A stretch of DNA of 64,000 nt from Thermoanaerobaculia bacterium (GCA_963664405.1 OY761158.1:2560001-2624000); one strand, 5' to 3'; shown: positions 41,770-52,028, counted from the first letter of the stretch. Notes: a model not told the origin generated them from the letters alone. Translations and numbers: made by a program.

Positions 41770-42764
41770 TCATCCAAAGGCTCGTTCGGGTTCAAAGGGC
41801 ACTTGATCTCGCATCACGTAGTAGCAAGCCCTAGCGAGCTTGTTGGCTAGGGCACGGATCGCCACGATCCGGTGGGTCTTGGCGGCCTTGCGCTCGACGT
41901 ATCTCCGCGCGAGGGGCTCGAGGCGGATGGCGAAGTGGGCCGCTTCGGTGAAGGCCCAGGACAAGTAGGGATTGCCATTGCGCTTGGCGTTGCTGATCCG
42001 TGCGGTGCTCACGCACCGACAGTAGGAGGCAAAGTTCCCCACCTTGGCGAAACGCCGGATGTCGCCCACCTCGCACATGATCGTAAGCGCGATCGCCTCA
42101 CCAATCCCTCGCACGGTCTGGAGCAGGCGAAACTCCTCGCGCAGCTTCGCCTCGGTGAGCACGGCCTTCTCGATCCGTCGGATCTGAGCCGACAGCACGG
42201 TTGTGACCCGAAGCTGCGAGCTCATCGACAGCGCCACCCGGGGTCGTCGCAGAGCCTCTCGACCTCCCGCACCTTCCACTGTTTCATCTCGCGAGCCGTC
42301 ACCCGCACTCCGGTGTGCTGCTCGTAGATCGCCCCGATGGACAGCAGCAGCGAGGTGCGCTTGCGCACCAAAAAGGCACGCCGGCGTAGCAGATCCCGCC
42401 ACGGACGCTCCTCTTTCGGGTAGATGTAGCCCTCGGGCAGGATCCCCAGGCACAGCAAACGCGCCAGCCAACGAGCGTCGTCACGGTCGTCCGTGTACTT
42501 GAGGCCCTCGTATTGCTGCACCACCGAGGTATTGGTCAGATGGACCCGGTACCCGGCTTCCATCAGACCATCCACCAGCCAATACCAGTTGCGCGTCGAC
42601 TCAACGGCAACGCCCTCGACATCCTCCCGATACGGCTCGAGCCGACCCAGGATCTCGCCTAGCTCATTGCGTAGACGTCCTTGGCACACCGTCTTGAGCT
42701 CCTCGTCCAGAATCACCAAGTAGTTGTTGCTTGAATGCAGATCGATACCGCCGTACAGTGACAT
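41770..42764 (-). pseudogene. IS110 DEDD transposase (frameshift ~42230, probable short deletion near catalytic Ser region)
   Basis: GIDLH, VEST, KYTDDRDDA; C-terminal GNPYLSWAFTEAA...ALANKLAR. Confidence 0.85.
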
Positions 42765-42857
42765 CGGCTCCTCCTCTTCGTTGCGCTGCTTACACCGGCA
42801 GCTTGGTTTCCGCCGAGGCTAGCGCTACGACGGGGGGAGCCTTCTAGATGAGTTTCA

Positions 42858-43040
42858 TCCGAATATTCTGACACTCGAGCGGTGAGGGATTTGCAGCCGA
42901 GCGGTCAGCCCGCAGGGCTGATCGCGAACGCCCAAGATCCCGTTGGGGCTACCTGCGCGCTCCGCGCGCTGGTATCCCCAAGTAACCCTATTTTGAACAC
43001 CCCAAATAGCTCTATTTTGAACACCTGGGTGGATTGGGCC
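42858..43040 (+). repeat. REP-like repeat, copy E (right part; left part 41322-41347)
   Basis: Near-identical to copy D once the IS110 is removed. Confidence 0.85.
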
Positions 43041-43183
43041 ACTCAACTCGTCAAGCTGAAGCTCATGCTCCAACCCCGCTGATCGCCCCAGAAACAGAGG
43101 AGGAGTTTGGGCATCTTCCTCAGCCCCCGCGTTGTGGGCTGGACCTCCACGAAGCCGTTCTCCCGGGTGCCCAGACGGCGTAG

Positions 43184-43558
43184 CTAGGAGGGCTCACGCA
43201 ACGGCAGCAAACGTGCGCGCGAGCCGTCTGGATCCACAACCACCACAGCCCCTTGCACTAGGTTCTTCTCGTGTTGGCGAAGGACCTGAATGACCGTGGA
43301 AGCGGTTTCACTCGGCAGGAGGCGATGGGAGCGAAGCTGAACGACGCTGGGACCTCGACTTCCTGTCAGCGCGAGGAGGCGACTGAAGTCCAGGTCGTGG
43401 GACAGCAAGACGTAGTCGTGGCGGCGCGCCCACTCGAAGATCTCTCGATCAGGGGCACCTCCTTCGCCCACGGTGCTCCAATGCTGGGCCTCGATGCCAG
43501 CGTCCTCCAGCACCTCTACCCACGAAGGCGACAGGTTCATGTCGAGGAGGACCTTCAA
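43184..43558 (-). CDS. DUF5615 PIN-like toxin
   Basis: MKVLLDMNLSP, APDREIF, LSHDLDF. Confidence 0.85.
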   Translation of the reverse strand: MKVLLDMNLSPSWVEVLEDAGIEAQHWSTVGEGGAPDREIFEWARRHDYVLLSHDLDFSRLLALTGSRGPSVVQLRSHRLLPSETASTVIQVLRQHEKNLVQGAVVVVDPDGSRARLLPLREPS

Positions 43559-43785
43559 CTTGTCGCGACCGGAACCTCTTGCTCCTCGAGACGCCAGGCT
43601 GCATAGGCGAGAGCCTGGCCGATATCGTCAGGCTCTAGGTAGGGGTACGCCTCCAAGACTTCGTCCCGCGTGTGGCCTTCGGCAAGTAGTCCGACAACCG
43701 TCCCGACTGTCACCCGGAGGCCGCGAATGCAGGGTCGTCCCCCCATCACGTCCGGATCGAGAGTTATCCGATCGAGCTTGGTCAT
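43555..43785 (-). CDS. DUF433 antitoxin
   Basis: RITLDPDVMGGRPCIRGLRVTV...YPYLEPDDI. Confidence 0.9.
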   Translation of the reverse strand: MTKLDRITLDPDVMGGRPCIRGLRVTVGTVVGLLAEGHTRDEVLEAYPYLEPDDIGQALAYAAWRLEEQEVPVATS

Positions 43786-43825
43786 GGTTGTATTATAAGC
43801 CTGACCCCTCCCGATCCCCTCGAGA

Positions 43826-44632
43826 GGTACTGTCAGGTTGAGCCTGTTGGTGGCAGAGTGCGCCCATGAAGAGCAGCACACTCAGCTACCGCGGCTATCG
43901 GTTCCCGCCCGAGATCATCGCCCACGCAGTCTGGCTCTACCATCGCTTCTGTCTGAGCCTTCGGGACGTCGAGGATCTCCTGGCGGAGCGCGGAATCACC
44001 GTCTCCCACGAGACCATCCGCCAATGGTGCCGGAAGTTCGGCACCGAGTACGCACGGAAGCTGAAGCGGCGGGGAGGCAGACTGGGCGACACGTGGTTCT
44101 TGGACGAGCTGTTCGTGACCATTCAGGGCAAGAGGCAGTACTTGTGGCGTGCTGTCGATCAGGACGGCGACACAATCGACATCCTCGTGCAGCCGCGCCG
44201 CGATCGGAGGGCAGCAGCGCGCTTCTTCCGCAAGCTGTTGAAGGACCAAGGAGCAGAGCCGCTGCGCCTGGTGACCGACAAGTTGAGGAGCTATGGCGCA
44301 GCGCATCGGACCACTATGCCCTCTGTCAGGCACGATACGAGCCAGTACGCCAACAATCGAGCGGAGGTCTCCCACCAGCCGACTCGGCAACGAGAGCGAC
44401 AGATGCGCCGCTTCAAATCGCCCGGCCAAGCGCAGCGATTCCTGTCCGCTCACGGAGCCATCCAGAACCTGTTCCGTCTTGGCCGTCACCTCGTCAGCGC
44501 ACCCAACCATCGTACGCTGCGAGATCGTTCCTTCGGCGTCTGGCGGCAGGTGACGTGCATCTGCTGAATCCGAGCCGACCAACCCTTGATAACGCCAGAT
44601 CTCGCCTCGACCAAGGCCAAGTTGACAGTGCC
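43826..44632 (+). mobile_element. IS6 family element copy 3 (intact transposase 43866-44567)
   Basis: IRs ggtactgtcaggtt / aagttgacagtgcc; DDE motifs. Confidence 0.95.
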
Positions 44633-44724
44633 CTGCTTGAAGTCACCAGCCTGGATCGTTCTGGTGTCGGTGTCCTTCATATCCGGATGCTCTAGTTCTC
44701 TCCATAGACGATGTCCATGGACAT
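44633..44724 (-). pseudogene. Phd-like antitoxin 5' remnant with operator, truncated by IS6
   Basis: MKDTDTRTIQAGDFKQ then IS6 IR; upstream palindrome atgtccatggacat (44711-44724). Confidence 0.5.
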
Positions 44725-44778
44725 TTTACCTTGAAGGTGCTCGAGCAAAGGTGCCAGCGAGCCCTGCGTCCCTGGTTC

Positions 44779-47220
44779 TCAGCGGGGCGGCTCACCACCG
44801 ACCCACCACGGGCTCGACCAGGCCAAGTGGCCGTCGAGCTGCTCGACACGGACGTAATACCAGTCTCCCGGCTCGCCGCGATGCGAGAAGTGAAACTCGA
44901 CGTCGTCGCGCAGACCCGCATTCCGCTCGACGCTGACCCGGTCGCGATGGCGTCCGGTCTCGAACACTTTCTCATTAGCAGGCTCTCCGGCCACGGGCAC
45001 CGCCAGAGCGAAGTCGGCGGCGGGGAACTGGTGCGGAGTCCGCACCTGGGTTGGCGCGGTGCCGACCTCCCGAACCGCGTCGAGCTCGAAGGTGAGGCGG
45101 GTCGAAGCCGATACATCGTCGACGGTGAGAGCGATGGCGCGTCGCGAGCCGCGAGTCGCCACGTCGAAGCTCACCCGTCCGCCTTCGACTTCGAGGACGT
45201 CGGTACCGGGGTGCGGCGTGCCGAGGAATCGCGCGCTCACCAGCGCACCATTCTCGACCTCGAGGTTGCCACGCCAGGTACGCCGACCGCGCGGATTGTC
45301 GCGGATGCCGACCCACGACTCCGAGGTGAAGCCGACCACGATCTCTTCCTCGCCACCCCCGGAGCCTCCTCCCGGGTCGAAGCTCGCCACCACTTCACCG
45401 TTCTTGATCAGCTCGATGGCGCGGATCGGGCCGGTCCCGATCGCCCGCCCCTCGACCCCTCTCGTCTCAGAAGCCGGGAGCTCCATCCCCATGGCACCTC
45501 CGTTGAGGCGAGCGTCGAGAATGATGCGCTGGGAGCCGGTGACGGCATAAACACGTCGTGCCTTGAGCGCGTCGAAGACCGTGTCGGTGGTCTTGGTCGG
45601 CGCCCAAGCCGCGGCCAGACCTCCGGCTTGGAAGATGCCCGAGCGCTGACCCACGGTGCCGGCATGACCGGGAGAGTACCCAGGGTGACCACGGTGATCG
45701 TCGGAGGCACCGACGAAACCGACGCGGAAGCCGTTCTCCAAATAGCGCTGTCCGAACCACTCGAAGGTGCCGTGACCCGACATGATCTCGATCAGCCGCT
45801 CCATTCCCAGATCGTTAAGCCGCCAATCGCCGTTCTGGTGGGCGTGAGGGATGATGAGAACATCGTCGATGTCGTGCTTCCGGCGCAGGCCGCGGTAGAG
45901 CTGGGTCAGGTTGGGAGCTTCCTGCACCGGTACGCGCTCGAATCCCGGGCGGCGGAAAAAGACGTTGTGATGACCGCCACGCTGCCGGTGCGACGTCCAC
46001 TCGTAGCCGGGGAAGACGATGATCTCCCCTTCGCGATGAAACTCGGCAGCGACCTGGTTGAGCGTCATCCACTCGCCGTCGTCCATCGCGGAGTCGTGCT
46101 CCGTCAGGGTGACGAAGTCGAGGCGAGCATCGTCGCGCGCGAAGCTGAAGTAGCCCCGCGGGGTACCCTGGCCCTCGGCGAAGCCGCAGTGGCCGTGCAT
46201 CTCGCCCCAGTAGATGCGCTCGGCGGGCACATCTCTGACCCACACCGGATTGGCGATGCCGGTGATCTTCCCGTCGGAGCTGTGGAGCGAGACACGATAG
46301 ACGCCAGGCTCGGACAAACGCAAGGGCAGCTGGTGAATCGCCCGGCTGGCCGGCAGCTCGCCGAAGAGCTCCCCGTTCAGGCGCACTTCATAGGCGGGGA
46401 TCTCAGCGCTCGCCCGGTTGGTGAAACGATCCTCGGTGCGCACCGAGATCGCGAACGGCTCGCCGGCGGCAACAATCGACGGTGCGAAACCGTGCACGCC
46501 GGCAGCTTTGCCGACGACGACCCCGAAGGTCGCATGCGGCAGCTCGTAGAAGCGCCCGTCACCGGTGTCGACACGCAGGGGAAGGGCGATGGCGTCATTC
46601 GAATAGACGCCAATGTCGAGCCCCCCGCCCCCGCTGGAGCGATCACCGTAGATGAGGGTAACGGTGTCCCCAGGCCGGAGCGCCGCGCCCCGCACTCGAA
46701 ACATCGGCAAAGGCTGCCCCGCCGTGAAGCCCAAGCCCCCCCGCGACAATGTAGTGCTTGCGAGCTCGAGGCGAACGGCCGGGTTGCTGCTAGTGGCCGA
46801 GACGTAGTTGTTCGCTGCCGGGTCGTCGAACTGGAGAGGACCGTACCCCCCGGCGCGATGACGACCGGGGACGAGGCCACCCCCCTCGGCAACCCCCAAC
46901 GAGCCGACCCGCCACTCGACGCGGATCGTCGCCCGTGAGTCGGCGGTCACCGCGGCCGGACCTTCGACGGAGCTCGCCCCCAGCGCATCGGGATCTCGAT
47001 CGAGAATAGCGAGATGGCGAACGAAGTCGTCCACCGCCGCAACTTCCCCCGCACTGACCGCAAAGCCCGGACGCGGGTAGGGAATGCTCCTCGCGGCCCC
47101 GGTCACCGATGGCGGTACGAAGCCTCCCTGCGCCGCAGCCGCATTGGCCCATTCCCATACCCACGCCATCCGCTCGATGGCGTTGTCCATCGTGGTCGGC
47201 GCGCCTTCGACCTCGGCCAC
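44779..47220 (-). CDS. DUF3604-related PHP metallohydrolase; open frame extends to ~47340 with signal-peptide-like sequence
   Basis: YWGEMHGH, LDFVTLTEHD, GYEWT, IPHAH, GASDDH, YYVRVEQ...AWSSPWW. Confidence 0.8.
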   Translation of the reverse strand: MAEVEGAPTTMDNAIERMAWVWEWANAAAAQGGFVPPSVTGAARSIPYPRPGFAVSAGEVAAVDDFVRHLAILDRDPDALGASSVEGPAAVTADSRATIRVEWRVGSLGVAEGGGLVPGRHRAGGYGPLQFDDPAANNYVSATSSNPAVRLELASTTLSRGGLGFTAGQPLPMFRVRGAALRPGDTVTLIYGDRSSGGGGLDIGVYSNDAIALPLRVDTGDGRFYELPHATFGVVVGKAAGVHGFAPSIVAAGEPFAISVRTEDRFTNRASAEIPAYEVRLNGELFGELPASRAIHQLPLRLSEPGVYRVSLHSSDGKITGIANPVWVRDVPAERIYWGEMHGHCGFAEGQGTPRGYFSFARDDARLDFVTLTEHDSAMDDGEWMTLNQVAAEFHREGEIIVFPGYEWTSHRQRGGHHNVFFRRPGFERVPVQEAPNLTQLYRGLRRKHDIDDVLIIPHAHQNGDWRLNDLGMERLIEIMSGHGTFEWFGQRYLENGFRVGFVGASDDHRGHPGYSPGHAGTVGQRSGIFQAGGLAAAWAPTKTTDTVFDALKARRVYAVTGSQRIILDARLNGGAMGMELPASETRGVEGRAIGTGPIRAIELIKNGEVVASFDPGGGSGGGEEEIVVGFTSESWVGIRDNPRGRRTWRGNLEVENGALVSARFLGTPHPGTDVLEVEGGRVSFDVATRGSRRAIALTVDDVSASTRLTFELDAVREVGTAPTQVRTPHQFPAADFALAVPVAGEPANEKVFETGRHRDRVSVERNAGLRDDVEFHFSHRGEPGDWYYVRVEQLDGHLAWSSPWWVGGEPPR

Positions 47221-47350
47221 TAGCCGATCGACGCGTTGGCGCAGATCTGCCGGCAGCTCGTAGCTGACGGCTGGCGACGCAATGAGAAACAGTCCGAGCC
47301 AGGTTTTCCGAGTCAGAGGTCGCAGTTTACACCAGCGACCTTAACTCAAG

Positions 47351-47563
47351 GGCTTTGTTGCACGATCAACTCCGGTGCGAGTCGGGCCGCTCTCCCAACT
47401 CCTCCCTCACGACACTACGGCGTAGGACTCCGGTCTGCCGAGCTCGACCATCCGGTTGAGGACGTGCCACCCGATGACGTCTCTTGTCTGCGAGTTCCTG
47501 TTTCTCGCCTTCAGGCCGCCTCCCAACAGTGACTTGTATCGCAAGAACCCGTTCTCCACGCGC
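47351..47563 (-). mobile_element. IS5 family (IS903 group) right-end remnant
   Basis: GGCTTTGTTG IR; minus-strand VENGFLRYKSLLGGGLKAR...VLNRMVELGRPESY. Confidence 0.7.
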
Positions 47564-48942
47564 TGTCCCTCCTCAAAACAGATCCGCCTGAGGAATCAAC
47601 AGGTTCGAGCGGGAGGCTCGAGATCGCTGGCGCGAACGGCTGTTGCGTCCACGATCCGCTTCCATCAACCTGTGCGGTCATGCTCAAGTTCTTCCTCATG
47701 CTCATCACTCTCGTTGTGAGGGCGCTTCAAGTGGCTCTTCGGTCGCGGTCCTCGCTCGTTCTCGAGAACATCGCCTTGCGCCAGCAGGTGTGTGTCTTGA
47801 CGAAGAGGCGGCCTCGGCCGCCGCTGAACAACGCGGACCGCGCCTTCTGGGTAGCGATGAGAGGTGCCTGGCGCGACTGGGCGCAACCGCTCATGATCGT
47901 CGAGCCGGACACTGTTGTGAAGTGGCACCGCGAGCTCTTTCGGAGCTACTGGACCAGGCTGTCGCGACGGACCCCGGGGCGGCCGAGAGTGGACAGGAAG
48001 ATCCGCGAGTTGATCCGGAGGATGGCTTTGGAAAACAACTGGGGAGCTCCACGAATTCACGGTGAACTGGAGAAGCTGGGCTTCGCCGTCTCTGAGGCCT
48101 CGGTTTCGCGCTACCTGCCGCCGGCGCCCGGCCAAGACCGATGTCGTCCGACGCTGGCTGGCGTTCCTGAACAATCACAAAGAGGGCATTGCAGCGATGG
48201 ACTTCTTCACGGTGCCGACGGCCTCGCTGCGCATCCTGTACTGCTGGTTCGTGATCCACCACGAGCGCAGGCGGATCCTCCACTTCAATGCGACCTTCAA
48301 CCCGAGCGCCGACTGGGTGATCCAGCAGCTGCGAGAAGCCTTCCCCTTCGATACCGCGCCGACGTACCTGATCTTCGACCGCGACTCGATCTTCAGCAGC
48401 GCCGTGGTGGGATTCGCCAAGTCGATGGCCACTAAGCCGTGCCGCACCTCCTATCGCAGTCCCTGGCAGAATCCTGTGGCTGAGCGGTGGATTGGCGGAT
48501 GCCGCCGAGAGCTCTTCGATCACGTGATCGTGTTCAACGAGCGCCATGCGGTTCGGCTCGCCCGGACCTACCTCGGCTATTTCCACGAGGACCGAACGCA
48601 TCTCGGTCTCGACAAGGACACTCCATCCCGCCGAGCCATGACACCGCCACCGTCACCGACCGCGAAGGTAGTCGCGATGCCTCGTGTCGGAGGACTCCAC
48701 CACCGGTACGAGTGGCGCGAAGCCGCCTGAGCCAACCAGCTCGAGTTGGCTCCGTATCTGCGGGCTGCCTCGGGGAAGCACGGCCCTTCCCTGGCTAGCG
48801 CGAGCGCGGCTGGTACCGCACGAGAGAATCGTCCGCCACCTCCAACTTTGGTGGAAGACTGGCGCCGGAGATGAGGCCGACCTCATTCGAAAACGAGCCT
48901 TCAGCGCTGACCCGATTGGCGGATGAGTATTGAGGAGGCACA
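47564..48942 (+). mobile_element. IS481-like element with integrase-core transposase (47680-48730, frameshift ~48120)
   Basis: TGT...ACA ends with 24-bp imperfect IRs (tgtccctcctcaaaacagatccgc / gcggatgagtattgaggaggcaca); WGAPRIHGEL, DFFTV, DRDSIF, SPWQN. Confidence 0.8.
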
Positions 48943-49094
48943 GGTGTCCCACTTTCTGATGGAAGGTGACGCGGCGGGAGATCGGAACCCCTCGCCGCTG
49001 GGGGAAGGAACCGGCACGCTAGCGGCTAAGGCTTTCTCGCACCAACCATCACGCGGGGATCGGTAGGAAGCAATGGGTGCCCGCCCTGAGAAAA

Positions 49095-49601
49095 CTAGGG
49101 CTCCTCGAACGCGAAGAAGGGCGCAACCCCGTCCTCCGAGCCTGGGTTCGCGAGCACCCCCTCGAGTCTCGCGGTGATGTCGCGCAGCAGTGCTGGCCTG
49201 TCGCTCTCCGCCCTGGTGAGAAAGTCCTCGGGAACCGGCAACTCCGGCTCCCACTTGGCGCTCCAGAGAATCATCTCGACCATGAGAGGTGCCAAGTCAA
49301 TGCCTTTCCGGGTCAGGTAGTAGTACTTCGCGCGCGAGTTTTCACGCGGCCGTGTCGAGGAAATCACCCCCCCGCGACCAAGGCGTTCAAGGCGGTTGGC
49401 CAGGATGTTCGTGGCAACCCCTTCGCCAGCCTCGAGGAACTCGCCGTAGCGACGCCGGCCGAAGAACATGAGGTCGCGAACGACCAACAGCGTCCACCGA
49501 TCGCCGAAGAGGTCGAGCGCAGAAGCGGTAGGGCAGTCTGAGCGTCGCGCAGTCTCTTCTTCTGGGGACACAACAGTACGGTAGCATCTTTTAACTTGCA
49601 T
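49095..49601 (-). CDS. HxlR family winged-helix regulator
   Basis: RSDCPTASALDLFGDRWTLLVVRDL, NILANRL, YYLTRKG; start approximate. Confidence 0.88.
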   Translation of the reverse strand: MQVKRCYRTVVSPEEETARRSDCPTASALDLFGDRWTLLVVRDLMFFGRRRYGEFLEAGEGVATNILANRLERLGRGGVISSTRPRENSRAKYYYLTRKGIDLAPLMVEMILWSAKWEPELPVPEDFLTRAESDRPALLRDITARLEGVLANPGSEDGVAPFFAFEEP

Positions 49602-49679
49602 GTTGCAAGTAGATCAGAGACAATAGATTTAACTTGCAAAAAGCAAGTCAACGGCCACAGATCGGAAAGGAGATCTCAG

Positions 49680-50360
49680 ATGGGAATGACCGTACATGTT
49701 GTAAGCGGCGCCCCGCGAGCGTGGCGCGTCCTTCTAGGGCTCACATTCAAAGGCCTCGACTACGACATCAACTACCTACAGGCCTCCAAGCGCGAGCACA
49801 AGTCGGAGCCGTTCATCAGCCTGAATCCACGCGGCACGGTGCCCGTGCTTGAAGCCGAGGGACTTGTCCTGCGCGACTCGATCGGCATTCTGGCTTGGCT
49901 CGACCGGGCGTATCCGGATCGGCCGCTCTTTGGCGGCAGCGCCAATGAGGCGGCTGCCATTTGGCAGGCGACTCTAGAGAGCTGCGACTATCTGCGCGCG
50001 GCAAGTGACGGGCTGTTGCGCCCTATCTTCTTTGGTGGTGCGACCTCCAAGACGCCTGAGCTCACCGAAGCCGCTGAGTCGATGCAGGCCGAGCTCAGGC
50101 GATTGGAAGACCTCCTCAACTCCGGCGATTTCCTGTCGGGCAATGGGCCAAGCGCGGCAGACGCGGTCTCTTATCCGGAGGCTCGACTGGTTCAACGCGC
50201 GGTCGAGACGACGTCCGAGCTGATGGCGGAGTTGGGCTTCCAGGAACCGCTTACCGGCTACCCCCACGTATCGGCGTGGAAACGGCGCATAGAGGCCCTT
50301 GATGGATTCGAGAGGACCTTGCCGCCGCATTGGCGTGGCCAGAGAGAAGGACATGAGTAA
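49680..50360 (+). CDS. Glutathione S-transferase family protein
   Basis: LNPRGTVPVL, LRDSIGI, SAADA, YPHVSAW. Confidence 0.88.
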   Translation: MGMTVHVVSGAPRAWRVLLGLTFKGLDYDINYLQASKREHKSEPFISLNPRGTVPVLEAEGLVLRDSIGILAWLDRAYPDRPLFGGSANEAAAIWQATLESCDYLRAASDGLLRPIFFGGATSKTPELTEAAESMQAELRRLEDLLNSGDFLSGNGPSAADAVSYPEARLVQRAVETTSELMAELGFQEPLTGYPHVSAWKRRIEALDGFERTLPPHWRGQREGHE

Positions 50361-50883
50361 AGAGACCCCACAGTCAGGCGGTTTCAGCGAGTGGTTCGCC
50401 ATGGCCGTGTATCGATGGCGTTGGCTCACAGCGGCTCTCGCTCTGACAATTGTCGGCGTGCTCTTCGCTCAGGGAACCGGATTCGTCGGCACACAGACCA
50501 GCATGGTCCTACAGCTCGGCGACGTGTCCGATGGCAGCGGATCAATCGGGCCGCAGATATTCGATCCTAGTTTGGATGTCTGGTTCACAGGCGACAGCGA
50601 GGCCATGCGGACGTTCTACGAGATCGAAGATCGCTTCGTTGCCGAGGACTACCTCGTTGTCGCATTCGAAGTCTTGGACAAGCCCAACGGCGTCTTCGAT
50701 CGAGAGACTTTGGGGACGATCGCGCGTCTGACAGATGAGTTTCTGAAGATCCCCGGCGTGCGGCACGTGCGCAGCCTTACGCGCAACCCCTGGATCCGGT
50801 GGGGGACCATTGAAGACGAGTTCGGCGCCGAAGAGGGTCTGATCATCACGGATCTCGTCGAAGAGCACGCCAAGCTTTCCGAG
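50353..50883 (+). pseudogene. MMPL/RND transporter 5' fragment truncated by IS6
   Basis: TM helix, periplasmic ...VRHVRSLT segment, ends at IS6 IR. Confidence 0.65.
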
Positions 50884-51689
50884 GGTACTGTCAGGTTGAG
50901 CCTGTTGGTGGCAGAGTGCGCCCATGAAGAGCAGCACACTCAGCTACCGCGGCTATCGGTTCCCGCCCGAGATCATCGCCCACGCAGTCTGGCTCTACCA
51001 TCGCTTCTGTCTGAGCCTTCGGGACGTCGAGGATCTCCTGGCGGAGCGCGGAATCACCGTCTCCCACGAGACCATCCGCCAATGGTGCCGGAAGTTCGGT
51101 ACCGAGTACGCACGGAAGCTGAAGCGGCGGGGAGGCAGACTGGGCGACACGTGGTTCTTGGACGAGCTGTTCGTGACCATTCAGGGCAAGAGGCAGTACT
51201 TGTGGCGTGCTGTCGATCAGGACGGCGACACAATCGACATCCTCGTGCAGCCGCGCCGCGATCGGAGGGCAGCAGCGCGCTTCTTCCGCAAGCTGTTGAA
51301 GGACCAAGGAGCAGAGCCGCTGCGCCTGGTGACCGACAAACTGAGGAGCTATAGCGCCGCGCACCGGACCACCCTGCCCTCCGTCAGACACGATACGAGC
51401 CAGTACGCGAACAATCGGGCTGAGGTCTCCCATCAGCCGACCCGGCAGCGAGAGCGACAGATGCGCCGCTTCAAGTCGCCCGGCCAGGCGCAGCGATTCC
51501 TCTCCGCTCACGGAGTCATCCAGAACCTTTTCCGCGTCGGGCGGCACCTCGTGAGCGCAGGCGACCACCGTACGCTGAGAGATCGTTCTTTCGGCGTCTG
51601 GCGGCAGGTGACGAGCGCCTGCTGAATCCGAGCCGACCACCCTTGATAACGCCAGATCTCGCCTCGACCAAGGCCAAGTTGACAGTGCC
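50884..51689 (+). mobile_element. IS6 family element copy 4 (intact transposase 50924-51625)
   Basis: Same IRs as copy 3. Confidence 0.95.
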
Positions 51690-52005
51690 CCACAGGTGCT
51701 TCATACGGGCGTAAATGGGCAGGTGAATATGGCGCAGCATCACCTATTACAGCCACTAAACCGAGAATACAAGCTCATGCGCTCGTTCCAGGCTGATCTT
51801 GGCTTGTCGCCAAAAGACGCACAAGTGCTAGATATCTCTGAGCCCGTTGACGAGGATGAGGATATAGGGGCGAGGTATCTGAGGGGCGATGATCCCAGAC
51901 CCGATCGTCCAAACTGACCCGGCGACGGCCTACGCTGAGGCGGTTTGTGCAGGCGAGCTCGTTACCGGGCGGCTAGTGCGTCTGGCTTGTGAGCGCCACC
52001 TCTCC
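51690..52005 (+). pseudogene. Phage terminase small-subunit C-terminus and large-subunit N-terminus remnants
   Basis: MRSFQADLGLSP (P27-type small subunit); DPATAYAEAVCAGELVTGRLVRLACERHL (large subunit start). Confidence 0.65.
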
Positions 52006-52028
52006 CACGGCCCCAAGGTGCCGAAGCC

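Larger units (their letters stand above)
41348..42857 (-). mobile_element. IS110 family, IS1111-group element inserted in REP-like copy E
   Basis: Sub-terminal IRs ATTAGAAGGC / GCCTTCTAGAT; CA core at 41346-47 and 42856-57; long non-coding region downstream of transposase. Confidence 0.88.

Noticed and set aside
27621-43785. Integron cassette array
   Set aside because: No tyrosine integrase and no convincing RYYYAAC...GTTRRRY attC sites; gene orientations are mixed
44731-46938. 735-aa plus-strand ORF and other long antisense ORFs
   Set aside because: Shadow frames of real genes in high-GC DNA; no recognisable motifs
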